Shown piece after piece: positions 1-9,101 of a stretch of 64,000 nucleotides of DNA. A program made the translations under genes and the position numbers. Source of the DNA: Candidatus Neptunichlamydia sp. (GTDB lineage: Bacteria > Chlamydiota > Chlamydiia > Chlamydiales > Simkaniaceae); the NCBI GenBank assembly GCA_965233865.1, contig OZ247587.1, positions 1,088,001 through 1,152,000 of the forward strand, read 5' to 3'. The first letter of the stretch is position 1. Every line of letters begins with the position of its first letter. The notes beneath the pieces are model-generated. The model searched no databases and was not told the origin of the DNA. It worked only from the letters and a program-made list of their open reading frames with translations.

Positions 1-2
1 AG

Positions 3-227
3 GGTAGTGTTGCAGAAAGTGCATTCTCGATAAAAAAATCGTTTAAAACCTATGCTTGATCCTATCAAAATCAAAGTAGGAAGAAAAAGTGAATCATCAA
101 CATCCGTTCAAATGGCGCCATTATTCAACAGAAATCATATGGCTTTGCGTTCGTAAGATATTTATTGAAGACCTTTTCGAGGTCAGAGGCTTAGCTGCCT
201 AGCAAAGAAAGCTCCGGAAAAACGGAA
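3..227 (+). mobile_element. IS6-family-derived miniature element (MITE), copy 1, right end missing
   Basis: Starts GGTAGTGTTGCAGA (3-16), close to the IS26/IS6 inverted repeat GGCACTGTTGCAAA. Near-identical to 1154-1377. Contains a mini-ORF 89-202, (V)NHQHPFKWRHYSTEIIWLCVR|KIFIEDLFEVRGLAA*, which joins an IS6 transposase N-terminus to an IS6-like C-terminus. Confidence 0.85.
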
Positions 228-409
228 GCTCTTGCATTGTTTTTGTTTTCCTCTTTACTTTTTCTACTTATGCCATCTCCAGGGCGTTGTGGATACTTGG
301 GCTAAAAAGGAAAGTACAAATCTTTGGTAAGTTATGGGGAGCAGTTTCCCTTTTAATAGGTGGTATAGGTTCGGCGATTGGTTTAGCTATTTTGTCTAGA
401 TTATTTTGA
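228..409 (+). pseudogene. 3' remnant of a small membrane-protein gene truncated by the MITE
   Basis: Open, highly hydrophobic frame CIVFVFLFTFSTYAISRALWILGLKRKVQIFGKLWGAVSLLIGGIGSAIGLAILSRLF* (TGA 407-409) with no start of its own after the MITE junction. Confidence 0.5.
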
Positions 410-420
410 TGGGAGTTAGC

Positions 421-1116
421 ATGAAATTCTTGGCGATATTTTTTCTTTTTTTAATTGGGTTCATTTCCCCTTTATCTTCAATCAATGCCCGAATTATCGC
501 CCAAGAAACAACAGAAAAAAATTTGTGTCACAAGGTTTTAGATTGCCTTACTTTTGTTGATGGAAGCTTTCCCCTTGAAGAGGCTGTTGATAATTTATAT
601 AAAGCTCGAAGATTACTCGTGGAGCAAGGATGCAACGTCCCTCTTCTTTCTGTAGTTTTCGAGAAAACTTTTGAAGATACAGAGAACCAAGGAATCTCCT
701 TAGACAGAAATTTTGCTGAAGATTTATATGAATTGGTTTTGCTAAAAGAAAACGATGAAATCAGGAACACCTCTTTTTATTCCCACTCTCAATACCGTCC
801 TAAAATAATCCAAGTTAAAAAAAAGAAAAATAAAAAAGAGATCCAAGTTCCCGGTGGGGTAGCCATAGAATTCTGCAAAGCATCGGCTGGTGGATTACTG
901 TGTATAATCCCAAGTGGAATTACGCAGACGCTTGGGACAAGACTGATTTTATCAGGAGTCAATGACATGATACAGCATGCAAACAACCTTATCAATGGTG
1001 GATCGGGAGGCAGTTGGGAAGATGACCTAAATCATAGGCAAAGGATGGGAGCTGAAAATGCATCGTGGGCCCCTTTAAACCGAGCAAGACCTTTCCATGG
1101 CATTATTAGTGCATAG
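421..1116 (+). CDS. Hypothetical exported protein with a C-terminal Gly/Cys-rich hydrophobic hairpin
   Basis: ATG at 421 preceded by GGGAG. N-terminal signal peptide (MKFLAIFFLFLIGFISPLSSINA), basic KKKKNKK patch, then GGVAIEFCKASAGGLLCIIP...LILSG. Confidence 0.7.
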   Translation: MKFLAIFFLFLIGFISPLSSINARIIAQETTEKNLCHKVLDCLTFVDGSFPLEEAVDNLYKARRLLVEQGCNVPLLSVVFEKTFEDTENQGISLDRNFAEDLYELVLLKENDEIRNTSFYSHSQYRPKIIQVKKKKNKKEIQVPGGVAIEFCKASAGGLLCIIPSGITQTLGTRLILSGVNDMIQHANNLINGGSGGSWEDDLNHRQRMGAENASWAPLNRARPFHGIISA

Positions 1117-1153
1117 TTTTCAATATGAGAAACAGCTTATACATTCTCTTAAA

Positions 1154-1414
1154 GATAATGTTGCAAAAAATGCATTCTCAATAAAAAATCGTTTAAAACC
1201 TATGCTTGATTCTATCAAAATCAAAGTAGGAAGAAAAAGTGAATCATCAACATCCGTTCAAATGGCGCCATTATTCAACAGAAATCATATGGCTTTGCGT
1301 TCGTAAGATATTTATTGAAGACCTTTTCGAGGTCAGAGGCTTAGCTGCCTAGCAAAGAAAGCTCCGGAAAAACGGAATCTCCTACTCGGGGATCAAGGGT
1401 TTTGCAACACTCTC
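1154..1414 (+). mobile_element. IS6-family-derived MITE, copy 2 (complete, ~260 bp)
   Basis: Left IR GATAATGTTGCAAA (1154-1167) and right IR TTTGCAACACTCTC (1401-1414). Same internally deleted transposase mini-ORF at 1239-1352. Confidence 0.85.
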
Positions 1415-1426
1415 AACTTTTTTTGT

Positions 1427-2164
1427 TTAGAAAGCAAGCTGCGAAGAGATGCGATTCATCGCGCGTGCAAGATCTTCAGGAATATCGATTCCAAGAGATT
1501 CATGAACTGTCTCATGTACCTGAATATTCATTCCATTTTCGAGAAAGCGGAGCTGCTCAAGTCCTTCAGCTCGTTCTAAGAGACTAGGAGAGAGTGTGGA
1601 TATTTGTTTTAAGGCATCAGCGGTGTAAGCATAGATCCCCATGTGTTTGTAATAAGTGACATCTTCAAGACCATCTCTGTCATAAGGAATGGGTGAGCGG
1701 GAAAAGTAGAGAGCACGGTCTTGAGAATCGGTCACAACTTTCACCACATTGGGATCCTCAATATCTTCTTCTCTCTCAATTTCTTTTCTTAAAGACCAAA
1801 TGTCATATGTCTTGTTGATTGTTTGTAAAAGGTTTTCTACCATTTCTTGGTGGATAAAGGGTTCATCACCCTGCCAGTTGACCCAAATATCCCCTTGCAT
1901 TTTCTCTTCAGATTGAAGTTCAATAAGACGATCGGTTCCTGAGGGGCAATCAGGAGAAGTCATAAAATATTTTCCCTCGAAGGAGTCAATCAGGCGTGCT
2001 GTTTCAGAATCATCAATTGCAAATGCAACATCATCGAATAGATCAACGCTGCTAGCCGCTTCCCATACCCATTGAAGCATCGGTTTTTCGCCTAACATCG
2101 CAAGCACTTTCTTAGGGAACCGACTTGAAGCAAGTCTTGCTGGGATTACGCATACAATTTTCAC
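1427..2164 (-). CDS. kdsB: 3-deoxy-manno-octulosonate cytidylyltransferase (CMP-Kdo synthetase)
   Basis: IPARLASSRFPKK, SGTDR, NWQGDEP, DPNVVKVV, ALYFSRSPIP, LEQLR motifs. Confidence 0.95.
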   Translation of the reverse strand: MKIVCVIPARLASSRFPKKVLAMLGEKPMLQWVWEAASSVDLFDDVAFAIDDSETARLIDSFEGKYFMTSPDCPSGTDRLIELQSEEKMQGDIWVNWQGDEPFIHQEMVENLLQTINKTYDIWSLRKEIEREEDIEDPNVVKVVTDSQDRALYFSRSPIPYDRDGLEDVTYYKHMGIYAYTADALKQISTLSPSLLERAEGLEQLRFLENGMNIQVHETVHESLGIDIPEDLARAMNRISSQLAF

Positions 2165-3147
2165 ACCAGTACTCCTGGAAAAGTTTTAATAGTTTCTCTA
2201 AGCCCCGCTTGCAGAGTCCAAATGGGACGATAGCCTAGTTGCTCGATTTTAGCACCATCCATTGCATACCTAAAATCATGCCCAAGGCGATCTGGAACAT
2301 AGGTAATAAGTTTGTCAAGCCCCGTTTCTCCGGTCATCTCTTCAATAACCTTTAAAATCAACTGAAGAAGATCTAGATTTTTCATTTCATTCCCTCCTCC
2401 AATATTGTAGACCTCACCCTTTTTTCCCTGACTAAGGATGGTCCAAACAGCGCGTGCATGGTCTTCAACATAGAGCCACTCCCTCACATTTTCTCCCGAT
2501 CCATAAACAGGAAGAGGCTTTCCCTCTAGTGCATTTTGGATCATAAGAGGAATAAACTTCTCAGGGTATTGACATGGACCATAATTGTTACTTGCGTGCG
2601 AAAGAGTTGTCGACAAGCCATACGTTGCCCCATATGCTCTCACAAAATGGTCCGAGCTTGCCTTTGAAGCTGAATAAGGCGAGTTAGGTTTATAGAAGGA
2701 TTCCTCTGTAAACCGTCCTTCTTTTCCAAGAGCTCCATAGACTTCATCAGTAGAAATATGATGAATGTGAATCCTAGAATGGGCTTTAACAAACTCTAAA
2801 AGAACATGTGTTCCCATCACATTTGTTTCTAAAAATACCCCAGGATCTGTAATACTTCGATCCACATGAGTTTCAGCAGCAAAATGTACAATTAAATCAA
2901 TCGGGCGCTCTTCATGAATTTTCTCAAGAAGGCCTCGGTCCCGAATGTCTCCTTGATAGAAAGTATACCTCTCATCACTAGAGGCCGCTGCCACATTGCC
3001 TAGATTTCCCGCATAGGTTAAGAGGTCAAGGTTGGAAAGATGCCCAGAAAACCCCTCTTGTTTCAAAACGTAATGGATAAACGTCGACCCCATAAATCCC
3101 GCGCCCCCTGTAACAAGAATATGGGCGTTATTTAGTTTTAAATGCAT
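2161..3147 (-). CDS. rfbB: dTDP-glucose 4,6-dehydratase
   Basis: GGAGFMG, LTYAGN, HFAAETHVDRSI, STDEVYG, YSASK, PEKFIP, GHDFRY. Confidence 0.95.
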   Translation of the reverse strand: MHLKLNNAHILVTGGAGFMGSTFIHYVLKQEGFSGHLSNLDLLTYAGNLGNVAAASSDERYTFYQGDIRDRGLLEKIHEERPIDLIVHFAAETHVDRSITDPGVFLETNVMGTHVLLEFVKAHSRIHIHHISTDEVYGALGKEGRFTEESFYKPNSPYSASKASSDHFVRAYGATYGLSTTLSHASNNYGPCQYPEKFIPLMIQNALEGKPLPVYGSGENVREWLYVEDHARAVWTILSQGKKGEVYNIGGGNEMKNLDLLQLILKVIEEMTGETGLDKLITYVPDRLGHDFRYAMDGAKIEQLGYRPIWTLQAGLRETIKTFPGVLV

Positions 3148-3970
3148 GACGAATCACCTCTTCAAGCCCTTCTTCCCAATGGCGAGGAGAAAAGTTCTCA
3201 GTTTTCAAAATCGAAGACGCTGGACGTTCTGCTTTCGCACCAAAGTCCTTAGTCGAAATAGGATTGACCTGTTGGCACTTGAGAGAAACATTGTTCTCTT
3301 CAAGACTCTTTTTAATGGCCTCAGCAAATCCATGCCAAGTGGTTTCCTCTGCATTAGCAAAGTGGTAGGTTCCTGAAGCATCTAAAAGTGTGAGGGTAGC
3401 TTCTGCTAAATCATCTGCATAGGTAGGGCGGCCCCACTGATCGTTGACCACTCCAATCATTTCCTTTTCTTGCATCAAACGGACCATCGTTTTAACAAAG
3501 TGATTCCCTTCTTTTCCAAAAAGCCAAGATGTGCGAATCAAGCAGGCTTCTGGGTGATGTTTTTTAAGCAATTTTTCACCAGCTTCCTTACTTTTTCCAT
3601 AAATTGATAATGGGGCTGTGATTGCTTCTTCCCTGTACCCCTTCTCCTTTCCATCAAAGACATAGTCAGTAGAAAAATGAATCAGTTTTTTCCCATAAGA
3701 GTTTGCGTGTTTTGCAAGTGTTTCAACCGCCTGGGCATTAAGAGCATGGGCTTTTTCTTCTTCCTCTTCGGCCTGGTCAACAGCAGTATAGGCAGCGCAA
3801 TTAATCACATGGGTAAACGATAAGGTTTCAAATTGCGCTTGAATCGCTTCTTCTCGATGAAGATCAACTTCTCTGCGCGAAGTTGCGACAAAGTCAATCC
3901 CTTTTTCCTCGCACTTTCGTTGCATTGCGCTCGAAAGAATCCCTTGTTTTCCTAGTATCCACAATTTCAT
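3128..3970 (-). CDS. rfbD: dTDP-4-dehydrorhamnose reductase
   Basis: NCAAYTAVDQAE, STDYVFDG, YGKSKEAGE, DQWGRPT. Start taken at ATG 3970, overlapping the rfbC stop. Confidence 0.93.
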   Translation of the reverse strand: MKLWILGKQGILSSAMQRKCEEKGIDFVATSRREVDLHREEAIQAQFETLSFTHVINCAAYTAVDQAEEEEEKAHALNAQAVETLAKHANSYGKKLIHFSTDYVFDGKEKGYREEAITAPLSIYGKSKEAGEKLLKKHHPEACLIRTSWLFGKEGNHFVKTMVRLMQEKEMIGVVNDQWGRPTYADDLAEATLTLLDASGTYHFANAEETTWHGFAEAIKKSLEENNVSLKCQQVNPISTKDFGAKAERPASSILKTENFSPRHWEEGLEEVIRHAFKTK

Positions 3971-4503
3971 GACCATCTCAATTCGTAAAAATAGGGGCTT
4001 TTTTGATCTCTTTTAGAAACAATAGGCGTTTGGATGGGCCATTTAATTTCTACTTCGGGATCGTCAAATCGAAAGCCCATTTCTGTTTTGCCATTATAGG
4101 GAGAACTTGTTTTATAAAGGACATGTGCATCAGGACTGACGACACAAAATCCATGGGCAAATCCTACGGGAGCAAAGAGCTGTTTATGCGACTGATCATC
4201 AAGATACACTCCTTCCCACTTCCCAAATGTTGGAGAGTCTGGGCGGATATCGACAATCACATCATAGATTCTCCCTACTGCAACCCGTACAAGTTTAGCC
4301 TGCCCTGGAGCAGATTGGAAGTGCATTCCCCGGATTGCCCCTTTTTTAGAATAGGAATGATTATCTTGAACAAAGGGGCAATCAATCCCCCCTTCCAGGT
4401 AACGTTCCACTTGATAGCTTTCAAAGAAAAAACCTCTTTCGTCTTCGAAAACATTGGGGGAAATGACTCTCGCACCCTTTAATTGTAATTCTTGTATTTC
4501 CAT
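3967..4503 (-). CDS. rfbC: dTDP-4-dehydrorhamnose 3,5-epimerase
   Basis: DERGFFFESY, QDNHSYS, RGMHFQ, GFAHGF. Confidence 0.95.
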   Translation of the reverse strand: MEIQELQLKGARVISPNVFEDERGFFFESYQVERYLEGGIDCPFVQDNHSYSKKGAIRGMHFQSAPGQAKLVRVAVGRIYDVIVDIRPDSPTFGKWEGVYLDDQSHKQLFAPVGFAHGFCVVSPDAHVLYKTSSPYNGKTEMGFRFDDPEVEIKWPIQTPIVSKRDQKSPYFYELRWS

Positions 4504-4511
4504 TGCCCACG

Positions 4512-4541
4512 ATTATAACGTTTATTGCACTAATTTGACAA
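4512..4541 (-). promoter_or_regulatory. Putative sigma66/70 promoter of the rfbC-rfbD-rfbB-kdsB operon
   Basis: Minus strand TTGTCA-18 nt-TATAAT, ending 8 nt before the rfbC ATG. Confidence 0.55.
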
Positions 4542-4761
4542 TGCTACGACCATTGCGTAATTGTGACTCCTTTTTCGATTCCTAAAGCATTTAGTGCTTT
4601 TTTCGGATGGGACGCATTACCTCTTTCTCATAGGGGAAAATCCCAGAAAACAGCATGAAAAATTTCTGTAAATTGAGAGGGAATCTCAACTTCAAACCAT
4701 GTAAAGGTATTTTTCTTTTTTTTCTGCGCCAGTTATGCTATCCAGAAATCAAGGAAATATT

Positions 4762-5319
4762 ATGAAACGTATATTAATCTCTCTATTTCTTTTCTCTCAA
4801 ATTGCATTATCCGCAAAGACCACAATTTGGCTAACAGGATTGCCATGCAGTGGGAAAACAACTATTGCAAACTATATTCACAAACAAATCCCCAATAGCG
4901 TCATTTTAGATGGGGATGTTGTCCGCAAGGGCCTTAATAGTGATCTAGGCTTTACTCCAAATGATCGAAAAGAAAACCTGCGCCGCATTTCTGAAATGGC
5001 AAAAATCATTTTAGATTCCGTCCCCGTTGTCATTATCTCCGTGGTAAGCCCAAGACAAGAGATGCGAGACAGTGCGCGGGAGATGATCGAGAGGGGCACG
5101 GTCTAATTTTATGAAGTATTCGTCGATGCACCACTTGAAACATGTATCAATCGAGATGTGAAAGGAATGTATAAAAAGGCTCTCACAGGGGAAATTCCCT
5201 TTTTCACTGGGGTTGGAGCTTCATACGGAGCTCCAAAAAATCCTGATATTATCTGCCGTACTTCTGAAGAAACACTTGAGCAAAGCGTAAGCAAAATATT
5301 AAAGGTAATCTGTGACTAA
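4762..5319 (+). pseudogene. cysC: Adenylyl-sulfate kinase with N-terminal signal peptide, interrupted by an in-frame TAA at 5104-5106
   Basis: WLTGLPCSGKTT, LDGDVVR, RKENLRRI. After the stop the same frame continues FYEVFVDAPLETCINRDVKGMYKKALTGEIPFFTGVGASYGAP to TAA at 5319. Confidence 0.9.
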
Positions 5320-5475
5320 TGCCCTTGAGTATGGAGCGATTAGCCTTAAAGACGCTCTTCAGAGCTCTCCAGAAGCCTCCATTCGTCTCACAACAATTAT
5401 GAACCTATCCGTAAATGCAAACATCTTTTAAAAATCGCATAAAAATTAAGAATATTATAATTCACGGATAAATTC

Positions 5476-6351
5476 ATGAGCTATTTCACTTTTATTCATC
5501 ACCCGATCGCTTCTCTAGCCTTTGCCTCGCTCATCCTTGCCTTTATTAGTTTGTGGATTCATCGAAAGCCGTGGCTTTGGGGATCTTTTCTATCCGTGGC
5601 TTTTATCTTTGCCTTTTTAGGAAAGCTCATCGACCTTAAAATTTTCGTTGCTTTAGGACTTTTGGGAGGAGCTCACTTGGCTTTGACTGCAAAACTTAGA
5701 GGTATTGGACGCCTAGTTGTGATTGCCATTGCCTTTATTATTTCGATCGCCCTCATGGGCCACTTTTTCCCTGGATTCCACAATTGGAAACTCGGAGAAA
5801 ATCTTCAGATTAGTAAAGATGCCTACCCTTACTCCCTCTACCTCAATTTCGATAAGCCCTTTATTGGATTTTTTTTCCTTGCGATTTCGATCCCTCTCCT
5901 CTCCCGCATCCACCTTCGCAGCGTCATCTTAAAAACCATCGCCTTAACAGCTCTTGGTGTGATTATCCTGATAATCCTTACTCTCTACCTCCACTTCATA
6001 AAAGTTGACCTAAAACTTCCTCATATCTCAGCCATTTGGCTGATTGCAAACCTCTTCTTTGTCACAATTCCAGAAGAAGCATTCTTTCGAGGATTCCTGC
6101 AACGTGAAGTCGATGAGTATCTCAACGCAAAATGGTCGGGAGCTTTTAGCATCATTGTCGTTTCCCTTCTTTTTGCTCTCCTCCACTTCACGCTTGTGCG
6201 CGACCTCAGCTATCTTTCTCTCACCTTCATCGCCAGCCTTATTTATGGAAGTGTTTACCAAGCCACACGCTCCATTGAAAGCAGCATCTTCTGCCACTAC
6301 CTATTCAATGTCGTGCATTTCTTTTTCTTTACCTATCCCGCACTTAGATGA
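5476..6351 (+). CDS. CPBP (CAAX protease/Abi) family intramembrane metalloprotease
   Basis: EEAFFRG, FALLH and SIFCHYLFN motifs; many transmembrane segments. Confidence 0.9.
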   Translation: MSYFTFIHHPIASLAFASLILAFISLWIHRKPWLWGSFLSVAFIFAFLGKLIDLKIFVALGLLGGAHLALTAKLRGIGRLVVIAIAFIISIALMGHFFPGFHNWKLGENLQISKDAYPYSLYLNFDKPFIGFFFLAISIPLLSRIHLRSVILKTIALTALGVIILIILTLYLHFIKVDLKLPHISAIWLIANLFFVTIPEEAFFRGFLQREVDEYLNAKWSGAFSIIVVSLLFALLHFTLVRDLSYLSLTFIASLIYGSVYQATRSIESSIFCHYLFNVVHFFFFTYPALR

Positions 6352-6645
6352 ACAATGATAGCTTTCAAAGGCTGGAAATCGCCTATTTTGGAGCCCAAAT
6401 ATTTTTGCCAAAAAAAGAAAAAAAACGCTCAGGGGTTGTTTTTTCATTTCTGGCCTTGCATAATCCTCCCGATATCGGAATAGGAGGAATAGCAGCCTGG
6501 GTTTTGAGTTTATTTCGCTCATTCTCAGGGATCTTTTGCTTTCTTTCCCATCTTTTTGGCTTGAAAAGGGGCAGTTGGCCTTTCCCTGCGTCAAAATAAG
6601 GGAGACTTTAAGCAAAAATAAACTCAAAACTCAGGTTAGTAGCAA

Positions 6646-7059
6646 ATGGAATTTATACAAGAAGAGGCAGGACCCGCACTTGAAAAAATCATCTTTGATG
6701 GGTTCAAAGAGCACGCGATAGAAGAAACAGGCCAAGATGGCTTTGGAAAAGCTATAGCTTTTGCTGCGCTTGATCAAGGGGAGTATGCTGGGGCGGTTGT
6801 TATTCGGGCTTTTTGGGGAGCTCTTCATATTAAAAACATGTGGGTTCACAAAGACAGTCGAGGAAAAGGAGTGGGAAGGCATCTACTAAATCAAGCTATC
6901 ATATATGGAAAAAAAGAAAAACATCCATTTGCTTTTGTCGAAACAATGAGTTTTCAAGCGCTTGAGTTCTACCAAAAAATGGGGTTTGTTCTTGAATACA
7001 CAAGAGATGGGTATGTGCAGGATATTTCCTTTCATTACTTGCGGAAGGATTTGATTTAG
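6646..7059 (+). CDS. GNAT family N-acetyltransferase
   Basis: WVHKDSRGKGVGRHLL acetyl-CoA motif A; QALEFYQKMGF. Confidence 0.9.
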   Translation: MEFIQEEAGPALEKIIFDGFKEHAIEETGQDGFGKAIAFAALDQGEYAGAVVIRAFWGALHIKNMWVHKDSRGKGVGRHLLNQAIIYGKKEKHPFAFVETMSFQALEFYQKMGFVLEYTRDGYVQDISFHYLRKDLI

Positions 7060-7346
7060 GGGCTTTAAAAGATTAAATTGTCAACATTGGTAGGAATGTA
7101 TTGACAGCGATTCCATCGCGGCCTACAAGTCGCAATCGGGAGCCTCTTGTTGCGACTTTTGTAAAGGATCCTGAAAAAACTGTGAAGGAAAAACTCCTTA
7201 AGGGGATAGACTATCAAGTGGAAGCTTTAGAGAGCAATCAATCTAAAAATGGATAAGAGGAATAAATGACTTCGGATAGGGAGATACTGTTATTTTTGAG
7301 AAGGTCTTTGGAACCACCAAGTTCTGATCAGTTGGTGTTTGCTTAG

Positions 7347-7826
7347 ATGGAAACCTCGAAGCGGATTTTTTTGAACAGGTGGTTTTTAGCGATGATATTC
7401 ATTGGAGTAATCGCTCTATCTTCTTCTATATCAGCGGTGCATCTATTTCATTTGAAACCTTGTATCATGTGCAAGCTTCAGAGAATCCCTTTTGCTCTTT
7501 TGATTGTGAATTCTGGATTTGGACTCCTGAGCTCTTACAAACAAGGTTTTTTTAGAGTGACGCAGGTGTGTTTGACTTTGGGAATTGTCCTTGGTCTGGG
7601 ACATTTTTTGATGCAGATAGGTGCTCTTCCAGATTTTTGTACATCAAAGCGGGGATTTGATACGGCTCAGGAATTTTCAAGGATACTAAAAACCTCAAAA
7701 TGTTCTGATATAGCTTGGTCTGTTTTTGGTGTGCCGGTTTCTCTATTGAATGCAACACTTCATGCTGTAGCTTTAGGAATGGGGTACCGCTTCAGCTTAA
7801 AGAAAAGTCTGATAGGAGTAGGTTGA
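7347..7826 (+). CDS. Disulfide bond formation protein B (DsbB) family
   Basis: PCIMCKLQR motif, about four TM segments and a second Cys pair in the loop (FC...KC). Confidence 0.8.
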   Translation: METSKRIFLNRWFLAMIFIGVIALSSSISAVHLFHLKPCIMCKLQRIPFALLIVNSGFGLLSSYKQGFFRVTQVCLTLGIVLGLGHFLMQIGALPDFCTSKRGFDTAQEFSRILKTSKCSDIAWSVFGVPVSLLNATLHAVALGMGYRFSLKKSLIGVG

Positions 7827-8165
7827 CAGAAACGCAAGTGTTTGTTATAGATAAAGTGAGTTGTTTTAGTTATGCTAACTATGGAATAGATAGTATTTTC
7901 AGGGAGTACTAAAAATAACTAATTTAAGTCACTTTAGCTATACAACATCGCCCTATGCCCTTTTGTGGCGGGCTCTTTGTTTGAGAAAGGCTTAGAAGAG
8001 AGGAGGTTTATTGTCTTCAGCAAAAATAATAAAAGACTACCCTACCGATCCCCTTCCACTGGGTGTATGTTTGTGTGACTGAGCCTTCTTGTATTAGAAC
8101 ACCTCGTACTGCATTCTCTTTCCTTTTTTTAACGGTCCCCATCATTTACGATCTTGTAACTTCCC

Positions 8166-9015
8166 CTAGATAGGGTAGACACAAGTTTAAATTTGCGCTA
8201 AGCTGGTTTCTTAAACTTTTAAGGAGAGGTTTAGAGATGACCGTATCAGCGCACAGACGTCACGATATTTCAGATCGAATTTGGAAAAAACTTGAGCCTT
8301 ATTTTCCATGAAGAAGAGGGATGTGTGGAGGGGTAGCACAAGATAATCGGCGATTTATCAACGCGGTTTTTTGGATTATTCGTACCAGAGCTCCATGGCG
8401 TGATTTACCTCCAGACTATGGGAACTGGGGAAATGTGCATCGTCGTTTTATCTGTTGGAGGAATAAAGGCGTCTGGGAACTTCTTCTGGAAAAAGTGGTG
8501 GACGATCTTGATTACGAGTGGTTAATGATCGATGCAACCCATATCAAAGTTCACCCTCACGCAGCAGGTGCACAAGTTGGTAATCAAGATATGGCTCGGA
8601 CAAAAGGGGGCTCAACACGAAATTACATTTGGCCGTGGATTCGCATGGTATGCCGGTCAGAGCGATTATTACGTCAGGTACTCAATCAGACTACCTTTAG
8701 GCCAAACACCTAATAGAGGGAATTAACGCCGATTACCTACTAGCAGATCGGGGTTATGACAGCGATGCAATCGTAACTCAAGCGATCTCTCAAAGAATGA
8801 AGGCGGTTATCCCTCTCAGAAAAAATAGGAAAAGCAAGAGAGCTTATGATAAGCATCTCTATAAATTGAGACATCTTGTAGAAAATGCTTTTTTACATTT
8901 GAAGCGATGGAGAAGAATTGCTACACGCTATGCTAAGCACACATCCTCTTTCTTGGCTGCGGTTCAGATCAGATGTTTGGCTTATTGGTAGAAATCTCGT
9001 GACTACACTATCTAG
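8166..9015 (+). mobile_element. IS5-family (IS427-group-like) insertion sequence, ~850 bp, decayed transposase
   Basis: Ends CTAGATAGGGTAGACAC and GTGACTACACTATCTAG form a 15/17 inverted match with CTAG at both termini. Two-frame transposase with PWRDLPPDYG, IDATHIKVH, LADRGYDS and VENAFLHLKRWRRIATRY. Confidence 0.9.
8237..8991 (+). pseudogene. IS5-family transposase pseudogene
   Basis: ATG 8237, premature TGA 8309-8311, AAAAGGGG frameshift site at ~8602-8609, and a second premature TAG at ~8698-8700 in the downstream frame. Confidence 0.85.
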
Positions 9016-9101
9016 ACAAAAAAAAATTTGATTAGAGAAGCATAGACTTTATTTTATATTTTTTAATTTTAGCCTCAACACCTCAAAACAGGAGAGACAT
9101 C

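Noticed and set aside
1097..1306. 69-aa ORF
   Set aside because: It lies across MITE copy 2 in a frame other than the transposase remnant.
5104..5106. Stop-codon recoding to explain in-frame TAAs (here and 9228-9230)
   Set aside because: TAA terminates many ordinary genes in this window; nonsense mutation or sequencing error is simpler.
6348..6599. 83-aa hydrophobic ORF after the CPBP gene
   Set aside because: Plausible but no recognisable motif; cannot be supported.
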